A stretch of 36,057 bases of DNA, from IMG/VR virus record IMGVR_UViG_3300033407_000073, positions 1 to 36,057 of that record, one strand, 5' to 3'. A model generated the notes under the pieces. It worked only from the letters and a program-made list of their open reading frames with translations. It was not told the DNA's origin and made no database searches. Made by a program: the position numbers and the translations under genes. Source of the stretch: a virus. Taxonomy: Duplodnaviria; Caudoviricetes. Every line of letters begins with the position of its first letter. Position 1 is the stretch's first letter. Positions 25,666 through 34,184 of the stretch are shown here, piece after piece.

Positions 25666-26127
25666 ATGGACGCGAGCCGAATCTATGTGGCGTCGTCATG
25701 GCGCAACGGGTACCAGCCAGCCGTGGTCCGAATCCTCGAAGCGGCGGGAGCCGAGGTCTACGACTTCCGCCACCCGGAAGAGGGGGACAACGGGTTCCAC
25801 TGGTCGGAGATTGATCCCAACTGGCAGACCTGGACTCCCGGGCAGTACGTCGACCACTTGGGCCATCCGGTCGCCACTGACGGGTTCGACAAGGACTACA
25901 AGGCGATGGGATGGGCCGACACGTTCGTACTGGTCCTGCCGTGTGGTCGGTCGGCGCATCTGGAACTCGGGTGGGCGTGCGGCATGGGAAAGCGGACCGC
26001 CATCCTGCTCTCTGACGGGTTTGAGCCTGAGCTGATGTACCGGATGGTCGACTACCTCGCGACTTCGGTGATGGACCTGTTGGCCTGGCTGGAACTGGGT
26101 GAGGGAGGTTCTGATGAGTCTGCGTGA
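25666..26127 (+). CDS. Nucleoside 2-deoxyribosyltransferase-like protein
   Basis: IYVASSWRN, D..AM.WAD..VLVLPCGRSAHLELGWACGMGK. Confidence 0.7.
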   Translation: MDASRIYVASSWRNGYQPAVVRILEAAGAEVYDFRHPEEGDNGFHWSEIDPNWQTWTPGQYVDHLGHPVATDGFDKDYKAMGWADTFVLVLPCGRSAHLELGWACGMGKRTAILLSDGFEPELMYRMVDYLATSVMDLLAWLELGEGGSDESA

Positions 26128-26629
26128 ACCCTGCGAACACGGCGTGTACTACGAGCACCACCCCCGCGGTCCAGTCAATCCGCCCTGCCCTGGCGGTCGT
26201 GTCCTATCCGACGCCGAAGCCCTGAGGCGGCTGTTGTTCGAGACGTGCGGGGAGTGTGACGGGAGAGCCGAGACGTTCAAGCCGCTCGGAACAATGGCCC
26301 ACAACGAGGCCAGCCCCCACTACCTGACACCAGCGGAAGGCTTCTGGACGGGGGAACGTCTGCCGTCTGGTCGGTATCGAGTGGGCAGCGACACATGGAT
26401 CGAGTTCGAGTTGATGGGCGAGGACGCGCTGACGAACGCCGTCTATCTGCCCGAGGTGGAGGACTGGCCGTTCGATGAAGTCCCGCTGCACATCATGTGG
26501 ACCTGCCCCTCCTGCGGGGGGAGCGGGCAGACACCGAAAGACGGGGTGGCGGTGGTCGTCGGATACGACGTGCCAGATCAGGTCATCATCCCCCTGTCGA
26601 TGCTGGAAGGAGACGAGAGCGATGAGTGA
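26114..26629 (+). CDS. Hypothetical protein with split CxxCxG zinc motif
   Basis: CGECDG...CPSCGGSG; GGAGG RBS. Confidence 0.6.
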   Translation: MSLREPCEHGVYYEHHPRGPVNPPCPGGRVLSDAEALRRLLFETCGECDGRAETFKPLGTMAHNEASPHYLTPAEGFWTGERLPSGRYRVGSDTWIEFELMGEDALTNAVYLPEVEDWPFDEVPLHIMWTCPSCGGSGQTPKDGVAVVVGYDVPDQVIIPLSMLEGDESDE

Positions 26630-26981
26630 GCTGACCCGAGACGACCTGCGGGTGATGTTCCTTTGTGGGCACCAAGGAACCTTCCACCCCAAAGGTTCGC
26701 TGCTCGACGGAACGAAGCGGCATCCCCTCGGTGAGCCCATAGGGTTCAATCGTGGCGGGGGCGCTACCTATGTCAAGTGGTGTCCTGGTTCTCAGTGGGC
26801 CGAGTTCGACGCCATCGCCCGCAAGTTGGGCTACGTGAAGCTCGACGTGGATCAGGTGGAGGCGCCGCTGCGGAGGCTGGCTGCGAACCCGTCTGTGCGA
26901 GACAACACCTCTATCGGGATCATGAGAGCGATCGACGCCATCCTCGCCGCTCTCGACCCGGAAGGAGTCACGGATGGTTGA
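26622..26981 (+). CDS. Hypothetical protein
   Basis: AAGGAG RBS upstream; overlaps upstream stop. Confidence 0.6.
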   Translation: MSELTRDDLRVMFLCGHQGTFHPKGSLLDGTKRHPLGEPIGFNRGGGATYVKWCPGSQWAEFDAIARKLGYVKLDVDQVEAPLRRLAANPSVRDNTSIGIMRAIDAILAALDPEGVTDG

Positions 26982-27324
26982 GACCGTCAGGGTGGCCGAC
27001 GTGCTCCCGGTAAGAGCCAAAAACCTGCCGTGGTCTTGGGAGGACGAGGATCGCAACACGCGGACCCGTCAATGTCTCTGCTGCGGGCGAGCGGGCCACT
27101 ATCAGGAGCTGCTCGAAGCCCACATGGCGGCCCACGGAGTCGACGGCATGGGCATCGTCGTTGACGAAGGCGGGTTTCTGGGTGACGGGCACCACCGGGT
27201 GGTCGCTGCTCTCCGTCTCGGCATCGACAGGCTGCCAGTCGAATCCTCAGAGGACGCGCAGGCCAGATGGGTTAGGGACCACGGCTACGTCGATTGGCAT
27301 GACCGGAAGTTCGGTGACCGATGA
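26974..27324 (+). CDS. ParB-like domain protein
   Basis: GIVVDE...GDGHHRVVAALRLG...PV. Confidence 0.7.
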   Translation: MVETVRVADVLPVRAKNLPWSWEDEDRNTRTRQCLCCGRAGHYQELLEAHMAAHGVDGMGIVVDEGGFLGDGHHRVVAALRLGIDRLPVESSEDAQARWVRDHGYVDWHDRKFGDR

Positions 27325-27506
27325 TGCTCGACCCCGAAGGAGACACCTAGATGGCGAGCATCCTTCAACGCCAATGAATTACTGAGGGTTGCCCACAGTT
27401 CGCGCTACATTGCTTCAACAGTGGCCAGACTCCACCCTCAACAGGGTGTCGAGACCAGCCCGCACCTGCGAACGCTGACCCCGCCCCCTCACCGGGAGGC
27501 ACCCCC

Positions 27507-27794
27507 ATGGCTGACAGCAGATCCTCCCGCCGGTACCGCCGACTCGTCGCCAACCTCAAACGAGAACAACGCGGCTGCTGCATCTGCAACCAGCCCATCA
27601 ACTACACCCTCGAGTGGCCCCACCCCGACGCGTTCACCGCCGAACACATCAAGCCCTGGTCAACACACCCCCACCTCCGAGAAGACCCCACCAACCTCGG
27701 CGCAGCCCACCACCGCTGCAACTCGTCCAAAGGCGACAGCTACCGCAACACCCGCACCACCGGCCAAATCGGCCAACCATCCCGCAACTGGTAA
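27507..27794 (+). CDS. HNH endonuclease (terminase-associated)
   Basis: CCICNQPI..AEHIKP..DPTNL.AAHHRCNSSKG; directly before terS. Confidence 0.9.
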   Translation: MADSRSSRRYRRLVANLKREQRGCCICNQPINYTLEWPHPDAFTAEHIKPWSTHPHLREDPTNLGAAHHRCNSSKGDSYRNTRTTGQIGQPSRNW

Positions 27795-27905
27795 CACCCC
27801 CAGAAGGGTGGGGGGCACCCCCTCCCCGCAGGGGACGGCAAGGCCTGGGGTCTGCGTCCCTCTCCCCCCGGCAGGTGAAGGGGGGTCGTGTGAAGGAGAC
27901 CCTGG
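27795..27905. other. Probable cos/packaging initiation region
   Basis: Non-coding gap between HNH and terS with G and C runs; strand skew flips here. Confidence 0.55.
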
Positions 27906-28289
27906 ATGGCTTTTTCGTGTGGTGAGTGCGGCCGGGATGATTTCAGGACGGAACGGGGGCTGGCGTCTCATTGTCGGGCGAAGCATCCGCCGCAGCGGGA
28001 GGGCCCGGTGTTCGCCGCGACCGAGTTGGCGGTGTCGGCCGCGTCGCATCTGACTGATTCGGATGCTGGGACGGTGGCGGTGCTGATGGACCTGGCCCGC
28101 ACGATCGACGGGATGGACGACCGGGACGCTGAGGCGCCGCTCGACAACGTGACGATTCCCACCTACCTGAAGTTTTCGGATGCTCTGGGGTTGACGCCGC
28201 TGTCCCGGCTGAAGTTGGAGAAGCCGGAGGTGAAGGGTGGCAAGCTCGCCGAGCTCCGTTCTATCCGTGGAGGCCGAGCAGTGGGCTGA
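27906..28289 (+). CDS. terS: Terminase small subunit with N-terminal C2H2-like finger
   Basis: LARTID..DNVTIPTYLK...LGLTP.SR; CGEC...GLASHCRAKH. Confidence 0.8.
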   Translation: MAFSCGECGRDDFRTERGLASHCRAKHPPQREGPVFAATELAVSAASHLTDSDAGTVAVLMDLARTIDGMDDRDAEAPLDNVTIPTYLKFSDALGLTPLSRLKLEKPEVKGGKLAELRSIRGGRAVG

Positions 28290-29835
28290 GCCTGACGGGT
28301 TGAGCGGTTCCACCCTCCCCCGGATCTGGACTCCGCCGCTCGTCGTAGGTCCTGCAGGTCCGTGCGGCTGCGGATGTGCGCTCACCCCTGAGACTTCGCT
28401 CGGGTTTGAGGTGGCAGTGTTCGCCTCCAACGTGCTCGGGCTGGTCCTCCTGCCGTGGCAGCGGTGGCTGCTCATCCACGCCCTCGAGATGCGCGCCGAC
28501 GGGTCGTTCCGGTTCCGGACGGTGGTGGTGCTGGTCGGCCGGCAGAACGGCAAGTCGACGGTCCTGCAGATCCTCAGCCTGTGGATGATGTACCTGTTCG
28601 GCGTGAAGCTGGTGATCGGCACCGCTCAGAACCTCGACGTCGCCGAAGAGGTGTGGCAGGGAGCGGTGGAGATCGCCAAGGCGGTCCCCGAACTCGCCGA
28701 GGAAATCGACAAGGTCGTCCAGATCAACGGCAAGAAGTCGCTGAACCTGATCGGCGGCCACCGGTACAAGGTGGCGGCAGCATCGAGGCGGGGCGGCCGT
28801 GGCCTGGCCGGAGACCTGGTCCTTCTCGACGAGCTGCGTGAACATCAGTCGTGGGATGCGTGGGCTGCCGTTACGAAGACGACGATGGCCCGGGCGTTGG
28901 CGATGGTGTGGGCCGCATCGAACGCCGGCGACGCCGCATCGATCGTGCTCCGCTGGCTCCGCAAGATGGCGCATCTCGCGATCGGTGACCCGGACGGGCT
29001 AGGCGACGCCGACGACGTGACCGCAGGCGACGACATCGAAGACGTCGACGACGCCACCCTGGGGATCTTCGAATGGTCCGCCGAGCCGGGCTGCTCGATC
29101 TTCGACCGGGACGGCTGGTGCCAGGCCAACCCCGGTCTCGGGTACACGATCACCGAACGGGCCATCCTGTCCGCCGCCAAGACAGACCCCGAATGGGTGT
29201 TCCGCACCGAGGTCCTCTGCCAATGGTTGGACTCCACATCGGACGGACCGTTCCCCGCCGACGCATGGACGGGGTGCGCCGACCCCGAGTCTCAGATCGC
29301 GGAGGATTCGCCGCTCGTGTGGTGTGTGGACGTGTCGTGGGATCGGACCGTCGCTCATATCGCGGTGGCCGGCTGGCGGGAAGACCGCCGACCCCACGTC
29401 GAGATTGTCGCCTCGAGGGTCGGTACCGACTGGGTGACGGCATGGTTCGCCGACCCGACCCACCCGGACCGTTTGAAACCCCCGGTGGCGGTGCAGGCGA
29501 AACGGGCCCCCGCGACGGATCTGATCGAAGACCTGAAAGCGGTCGGGGTCGAAGTCATCGGATGGGACGGGGTCGAAGGGACCGGCGAGCTCTACGACCA
29601 TGTGCGGGCGGCGGTTGGTGACGGGGACAGTCGTGTCCTGTTGGCGCACCGGGCTCAGCCGGTCCTCGATCAGGCTGCGAACACTGCTGCGACCCGTCCG
29701 GTCGGGGACATGTGGGCGTGGGACCGTCGGAAATCCCCGGCGGATGCTGCTCCTCTGGTTGCTGCGACCGGTGCCCTCTGGTGTTTGAAGGCACAGTCGA
29801 AGCCGAAGAAACGATCCGGGGAAGCGAGGTTCTGA
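28267..29835 (+). CDS. terL: Terminase large subunit (start approximate)
   Basis: LLPWQ, Walker A VGRQNGKS, Walker B LVLLDE, ANPGLG, nuclease VDVS. Confidence 0.95.
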   Translation: MEAEQWAEPDGLSGSTLPRIWTPPLVVGPAGPCGCGCALTPETSLGFEVAVFASNVLGLVLLPWQRWLLIHALEMRADGSFRFRTVVVLVGRQNGKSTVLQILSLWMMYLFGVKLVIGTAQNLDVAEEVWQGAVEIAKAVPELAEEIDKVVQINGKKSLNLIGGHRYKVAAASRRGGRGLAGDLVLLDELREHQSWDAWAAVTKTTMARALAMVWAASNAGDAASIVLRWLRKMAHLAIGDPDGLGDADDVTAGDDIEDVDDATLGIFEWSAEPGCSIFDRDGWCQANPGLGYTITERAILSAAKTDPEWVFRTEVLCQWLDSTSDGPFPADAWTGCADPESQIAEDSPLVWCVDVSWDRTVAHIAVAGWREDRRPHVEIVASRVGTDWVTAWFADPTHPDRLKPPVAVQAKRAPATDLIEDLKAVGVEVIGWDGVEGTGELYDHVRAAVGDGDSRVLLAHRAQPVLDQAANTAATRPVGDMWAWDRRKSPADAAPLVAATGALWCLKAQSKPKKRSGEARF

Positions 29836-31151
29836 TGCCCACTGACCCGCAGATCCTCGAACGGTTCGCCGAACTGAAAGCAGCCCGAGACAAAGAGAGC
29901 GCTCGGCTGCAGAAGATCCACCGGTACCTGCGTGACGACCCGACCCGCCGGCTCGAAGGACTCCCATCGTCGGTCCCCGCTGAGGTGCAGCGGCTCGCCC
30001 GTCTCGCCCGGGCCAACGTGCTCAAGTTCGCTGTGAACAGTCGGGTCCAGTCGATGTATGTGGACGGGTTCCGTGGCCGCGGCGAATCCGATGATTCGCC
30101 CGTGTGGGCCGCGTGGCAGGCGAACGGGATGGACGCCCGCCAGATCGGCATCCACCGGTCCGGTCTGTCGTTCGGCGCCGCCTATGCGACGGTGCTGCCT
30201 GGCCGGCCGGTCCCTGTGATCCGGGGGGCGTCGTCACGGAAACTGACCGCCCTATACGGGGCTGATGACGTGTGGCCCGTCATCGCATTGGAGCAGCGCG
30301 GCGAGAAGTCGTGGCGGCTCGTCGACTCGACCCACGTGTTTAGTCTCCGCACCGCCGACTCGGACAAGCCCGAGATCGTCAGCCGGGCCGAACACAAGGC
30401 TGACTTCTTCGGTGAGCCGGTGTGCCCGGTGGTCCGATACCGGGACACGATCGACCTGGACGACCCGATCCGGGGGATCGTCGAACCCCTCATTCCGCTG
30501 CAGGATCAGATCAACATCACCACGTTCGGGCTGCTCGTCGCCCAGCATTTCGGGGCGTTCAAGTTCCGCTACATCCTCGGATGGGTCGCGGAGACCGAAG
30601 AGCAGAGGATCAAGGCGTCCATGTCGAACTTCTTCACACTGGACGAGGACAAGGACAGTGTGGAGATCGGCCAGCTCGACGAAACCCCGCTGACCGGGTA
30701 CATCGAGTCCCGCAAGTCGACTCTCGAACTGTTCGCCGCGATTTCACAGACTCCGGCACACGAGCTGATGGGCCAACTCATCAACCTGAGTGCCGAGGCT
30801 CTCGCTGCTGCTGAGGCGGGGAAACAGCGGGCGATCTTGGAGAACAAGACGGTCATGGGCGAATCCCACGAGCAGACCCTGAACTTGGCCGGCGCCTACA
30901 TGGGGGTCGACCCCGACGCCGGCGCCTACGTCCGCTGGCAGGACACCGAAGCCCGGGCGCTCGCCCAGCTGGTCGACGCGTTGGGCAAGGCCGTCCAAAT
31001 GCTCGGCATCCCACCCCAGGCCTTGTGGGATCGGGTGGCGGACGCGTTGGGTGCGTCACAGCAGGAAGTCGCATCGTGGAAGGAACTCGCATCGGCGATG
31101 GATCCGTTCGGTGTCCTCGAGGGGACACTCGACCGGCAAGCCGCCGTCTGA
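29835..31151 (+). CDS. Portal protein (SPP1 gp6-like)
   Basis: Follows terL; WQANGMDARQ..IHR, VEPLIPLQDQIN, NLSAEALAAAE, VRWQD. Confidence 0.9.
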   Translation: MPTDPQILERFAELKAARDKESARLQKIHRYLRDDPTRRLEGLPSSVPAEVQRLARLARANVLKFAVNSRVQSMYVDGFRGRGESDDSPVWAAWQANGMDARQIGIHRSGLSFGAAYATVLPGRPVPVIRGASSRKLTALYGADDVWPVIALEQRGEKSWRLVDSTHVFSLRTADSDKPEIVSRAEHKADFFGEPVCPVVRYRDTIDLDDPIRGIVEPLIPLQDQINITTFGLLVAQHFGAFKFRYILGWVAETEEQRIKASMSNFFTLDEDKDSVEIGQLDETPLTGYIESRKSTLELFAAISQTPAHELMGQLINLSAEALAAAEAGKQRAILENKTVMGESHEQTLNLAGAYMGVDPDAGAYVRWQDTEARALAQLVDALGKAVQMLGIPPQALWDRVADALGASQQEVASWKELASAMDPFGVLEGTLDRQAAV

Positions 31152-31756
31152 TGGCTGTCACTGCGGAAGGCCGGCAGCTCACCTTCCAGCATCGGCGCCG
31201 GCAGGTCGCGATCCGGTCGGCGATCCTCCGGGACCTGCTGAAACTGTGGGGGATTGTCGACCCGACGAACCTGACAGGCACGATCGGACCGTTCACCGAC
31301 GCTGCTGTGACTCTCGTCGAAACCGGGCATCGCCGGTCCGCTTCCCTGGCGGTCGTCTACTACGAGCGGTACCGGCAGGCTGAACGGGTCCGTGGTCAGG
31401 TCACGATCATCGAACCGGAACCGCCAGCCCGCAGTCAGATGGCGGATCTGGTGCGGGGTGCCGGTCTGGCGGGGATCGTCAACGCAAGGCGACGCGGGTT
31501 CACCCCGGCGGCGGCGGCCCGCAACGGGTATGTGAAGGCGTCCGGGTCGGCATCTGATCTGGTCCTGGCCGGTGTCCGCGATGTGATCGGCCAGGCAACC
31601 GCCACCGATCGGGCGGCGAGAGGCTGGCGGCGGGTCACATCATCGGATCCGTGCGACTTCTGCCAACAGATCGCCGACGAGGGCGTCCACGGGAAGGACG
31701 CAGGGTTCGAAGCGCACAACCACTGCGCCTGCGTCGCCGAACCCGCATTCGACTGA
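31151..31756 (+). CDS. MuF-like minor head protein
   Basis: GWRRV....CDFC...HNHCAC..EP motif after portal. Confidence 0.8.
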   Translation: MAVTAEGRQLTFQHRRRQVAIRSAILRDLLKLWGIVDPTNLTGTIGPFTDAAVTLVETGHRRSASLAVVYYERYRQAERVRGQVTIIEPEPPARSQMADLVRGAGLAGIVNARRRGFTPAAAARNGYVKASGSASDLVLAGVRDVIGQATATDRAARGWRRVTSSDPCDFCQQIADEGVHGKDAGFEAHNHCACVAEPAFD

Positions 31757-31758
31757 GA
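31740..31758 (+). repeat. 19-bp direct repeat, left copy (aacccgcattcgactgaga)
   Basis: 18/19 identical to 34045-34063; includes the MuF stop codon. Confidence 0.85.
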
Positions 31759-31792
31759 ACAAGGCAACCGGCTCATATGAAGGAGATATCTG

Positions 31793-32215
31793 ATGGCTGA
31801 GACTGTGTACAACGCCGCCAAAGCGGGCCTGCTCGACGGGACCATCGACCTGGACACAGACGACATTCGTTGTCTGCTGCTCACCGGTGCGGTCACGATC
31901 GACGCCGACCATGCGACCGTCGCGGCGGTCATCGCAGCGAACACCGAAGCATCCGACGGGTCATACGCCCGGCAGGCGCTCGTCAATGAGACGGTCACGC
32001 AGAACGACACCGACGACCGGGCCGAGTTCAGCGCGGACACCATCGACTTCGGGGCACTCGACAACGAGACCCCGACTGCGGCGCTGATCTTCAAGTTCGT
32101 CACGAACGACGCCGGATCGACACCCATCTCGATTCACGACACCGGGTTCGGGACGGCTGCGAACGGCGCCGGGTACACGATCGAGATCCCGAACGACATC
32201 CTCCGCGCCTCCTAG
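31793..32215 (+). CDS. Putative virion structural (fibre/decoration) protein
   Basis: AAGGAG RBS; IDLDTDDIRCLL...SYARQAL...FSAD acidic beta-rich protein. Confidence 0.65.
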   Translation: MAETVYNAAKAGLLDGTIDLDTDDIRCLLLTGAVTIDADHATVAAVIAANTEASDGSYARQALVNETVTQNDTDDRAEFSADTIDFGALDNETPTAALIFKFVTNDAGSTPISIHDTGFGTAANGAGYTIEIPNDILRAS

Positions 32216-32488
32216 TTGTTGCCGGTCAAGTCCGCCCGCATCTTCTATCCGGACGGCTCTTCCTACGAGATCCCCAAGGATGGGACGTGGGCTGAGGCCC
32301 CGCCGTTCGGGGTGCAGGCGGTCGTCTACTACCACCTCCCCGCCGGGACGACCCTGCAGATGGACAACGACGTGTACTACTGGCTCGGACGGGAGGCGGG
32401 CGGTCAGCCGTGGAAGATGGGCCTGTTCGTCGACGACGGCACCTACTGGCGGGTGCATGACCTTGTGAGCAAGGCGGTGACACCATGA
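32216..32488 (+). CDS. Hypothetical protein
   Basis: Fills the gap in the operon; aromatic-rich; start uncertain. Confidence 0.6.
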   Translation: MLPVKSARIFYPDGSSYEIPKDGTWAEAPPFGVQAVVYYHLPAGTTLQMDNDVYYWLGREAGGQPWKMGLFVDDGTYWRVHDLVSKAVTP

Positions 32489-33726
32489 GCACCACCTACT
32501 TCCTCACTGGTTCGGGGACACTGGTCGATGACGCCCCCGCGACCACGACGCAGGACATCACGACTGCGGTTGCCGAGACGATCGACACCGACTACGACCA
32601 TGCCGACGCCCCCTCAACCGACGGGGTAACCGGGGATTATGCGGCGGCGATCGTCATCTCGACCGCATCGCCCGACCATCAGATATCCGTCGCGTGGGCC
32701 AGGCTCAACTCGGGTGGCACACCCCAGAACACGTCATCGTTCACATCTGAACAGACCTCGGCGGTCGGAACACTCAACTTCTCGGCGTCGTCCGTTGACC
32801 TCGGTACGTGGGCGGCCGGTGACCGGCTGCGAATCATCGTCCGCACCCGTGACACCCGGTCGATGGGTGGCGGCACCCGGACCACCACCTACGACATCGG
32901 GTCTGCCGGTTCGACCACGACCGCACCGTGGACTGCGGCAGCGGAGCCAGTGGTCGTCACACTGGCATCCGCCACGGCCAGTTTCACCGCACAGGCTGTC
33001 TCCCCGACACTCGCCGCGGTCGGCCTCCAACTGACCCCGACGGCGGTCACGGTGGCAGCACAGGCTGTGTCACCGACCACTGCAGCGGCCGCGGTCACCC
33101 TGTCATCCGTGGCGCTGACGTTCACCGGGCAGGCGTTGAGCCCACAGGCGCCGGTAGCCGTCCCCCTGTCCCCGGCGACGCTCAACGTCGCGGCACAACC
33201 GCTGTCTCCGACTGCTGGAGGGGTGACCGCAGAACTCGCCCCAACGTCCGTGACATTGACTGCGGAAGCACTCTCACCGACCCCCGCCGCTGCCATAGTC
33301 GCCCTTTCCCCAGCGACGGTGACCACCTCCGGACAGGCGCTGACGCCGACGGTTGCAGCCTTGACCGTCACACTCACGCCGGTTGTTCTTGATCTGGCGG
33401 CGCAGACGCTGCAGCCGTCCGGTGGCGGAGGGGCCGTCCAGCTCGCATCTGCAGCGGTCACGTTCGAGGCCCAACAACTGGCCCCGGTCCAGCCGGTTGT
33501 TCTCACCGCGGCGAACCTGACCGTGGAAGCACAGGGGCTGTCTCCGACTGTTGCCGGGGCGCCGGTCGTTGTCACCGCTGCACCCGCGACCGTGAATCTG
33601 GCGGCTGTCGTGCTGACGTTGGGTGGCGCCGTCGACCAGGTCGACAGGATCGTGATCGATGCCAGCGTGACGCGTCCGGTCGTTCCCGGGTCGAAGGACT
33701 ATCAGCGAGTGGAAGCGAGCGTCTGA
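32485..33726 (+). CDS. Ala/Thr/Val/Ser/Pro-rich fibre-like protein with ~10 repeats of ~23 aa
   Basis: Repeat unit like VTL..A..T..AQ.LSPT after a ~150-aa N-terminal domain. Confidence 0.75.
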   Translation: MSTTYFLTGSGTLVDDAPATTTQDITTAVAETIDTDYDHADAPSTDGVTGDYAAAIVISTASPDHQISVAWARLNSGGTPQNTSSFTSEQTSAVGTLNFSASSVDLGTWAAGDRLRIIVRTRDTRSMGGGTRTTTYDIGSAGSTTTAPWTAAAEPVVVTLASATASFTAQAVSPTLAAVGLQLTPTAVTVAAQAVSPTTAAAAVTLSSVALTFTGQALSPQAPVAVPLSPATLNVAAQPLSPTAGGVTAELAPTSVTLTAEALSPTPAAAIVALSPATVTTSGQALTPTVAALTVTLTPVVLDLAAQTLQPSGGGGAVQLASAAVTFEAQQLAPVQPVVLTAANLTVEAQGLSPTVAGAPVVVTAAPATVNLAAVVLTLGGAVDQVDRIVIDASVTRPVVPGSKDYQRVEASV

Positions 33727-34046
33727 TGCCCCATGTCGTCGGTGGCCGTCTTCACGGCTACATCAACCGAGCCCTCGCCTTCACAATCGACGTCGACACC
33801 GACGAAACCGCCGACGACTGGTCGAACGTGACATGGCGGATCGGCAACATCCTCGAAATCACCGAACTGTCACCCGTCGACGGGGGAAACGGGATCACCG
33901 TCGACGTGGACTTGACCGCCGCCCAACTGGCCCTCCCTGCGGCTACCTACCGGTGGGAACTGGTCGCCACAGTCGACGGGGAGGTCCGCACCCGCGGCAC
34001 GGACTGGTTCCAACTCGACCCAGAGCCAACCACCGCACCCGCCTAA
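33726..34046 (+). CDS. Small beta-rich structural protein
   Basis: ITVDVDLTAAQ..LP..TYRWELVAT..GEVRT; TGATG coupling. Confidence 0.6.
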   Translation: MPHVVGGRLHGYINRALAFTIDVDTDETADDWSNVTWRIGNILEITELSPVDGGNGITVDVDLTAAQLALPAATYRWELVATVDGEVRTRGTDWFQLDPEPTTAPA

Positions 34047-34063
34047 CCCGCGTTCGACTGAGA
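34045..34063 (+). repeat. 19-bp direct repeat, right copy (aacccgcgttcgactgaga)
   Basis: 18/19 identical to 31740-31758. Confidence 0.85.
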
Positions 34064-34073
34064 GGGGACGACC

Positions 34074-34184
34074 GTGATCCTCAGATGGCTGCGGTTCGTG
34101 CTCTGCAGGTGGTTCGGAGCGCACCTCGAAGTTCGCAAGGCGTCATGGGCCCGGTGCCCTGCCTGCTGGATCCGGCTCACATAG
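34074..34184 (+). CDS. 36-aa Cys/His peptide
   Basis: GAGGGG RBS; MILRWLRFVLCRWFGAHLEVRKASWARCPACWIRLT. Confidence 0.5.
   Translation: MILRWLRFVLCRWFGAHLEVRKASWARCPACWIRLT

Larger units (their letters stand above)
25001..25668 (+). repeat. Dispersed gene-boundary direct repeats (core gtagagggtg, up to 24 bp)
   Basis: Copies at 25001-25016, 25121-25142, 25450-25473, 25645-25668. Confidence 0.9.

Noticed and set aside
25001-25668. Repeats as a CRISPR array
   Set aside because: Spacing is irregular (120-320 bp), intervening sequences are ORFs, the repeat is not palindromic and no cas genes are present.
27377-27506. Late promoter or ncRNA upstream of HNH
   Set aside because: Only short stems (tgagggt/accctca) and no correctly spaced -35/-10 pair; not supportable by eye.
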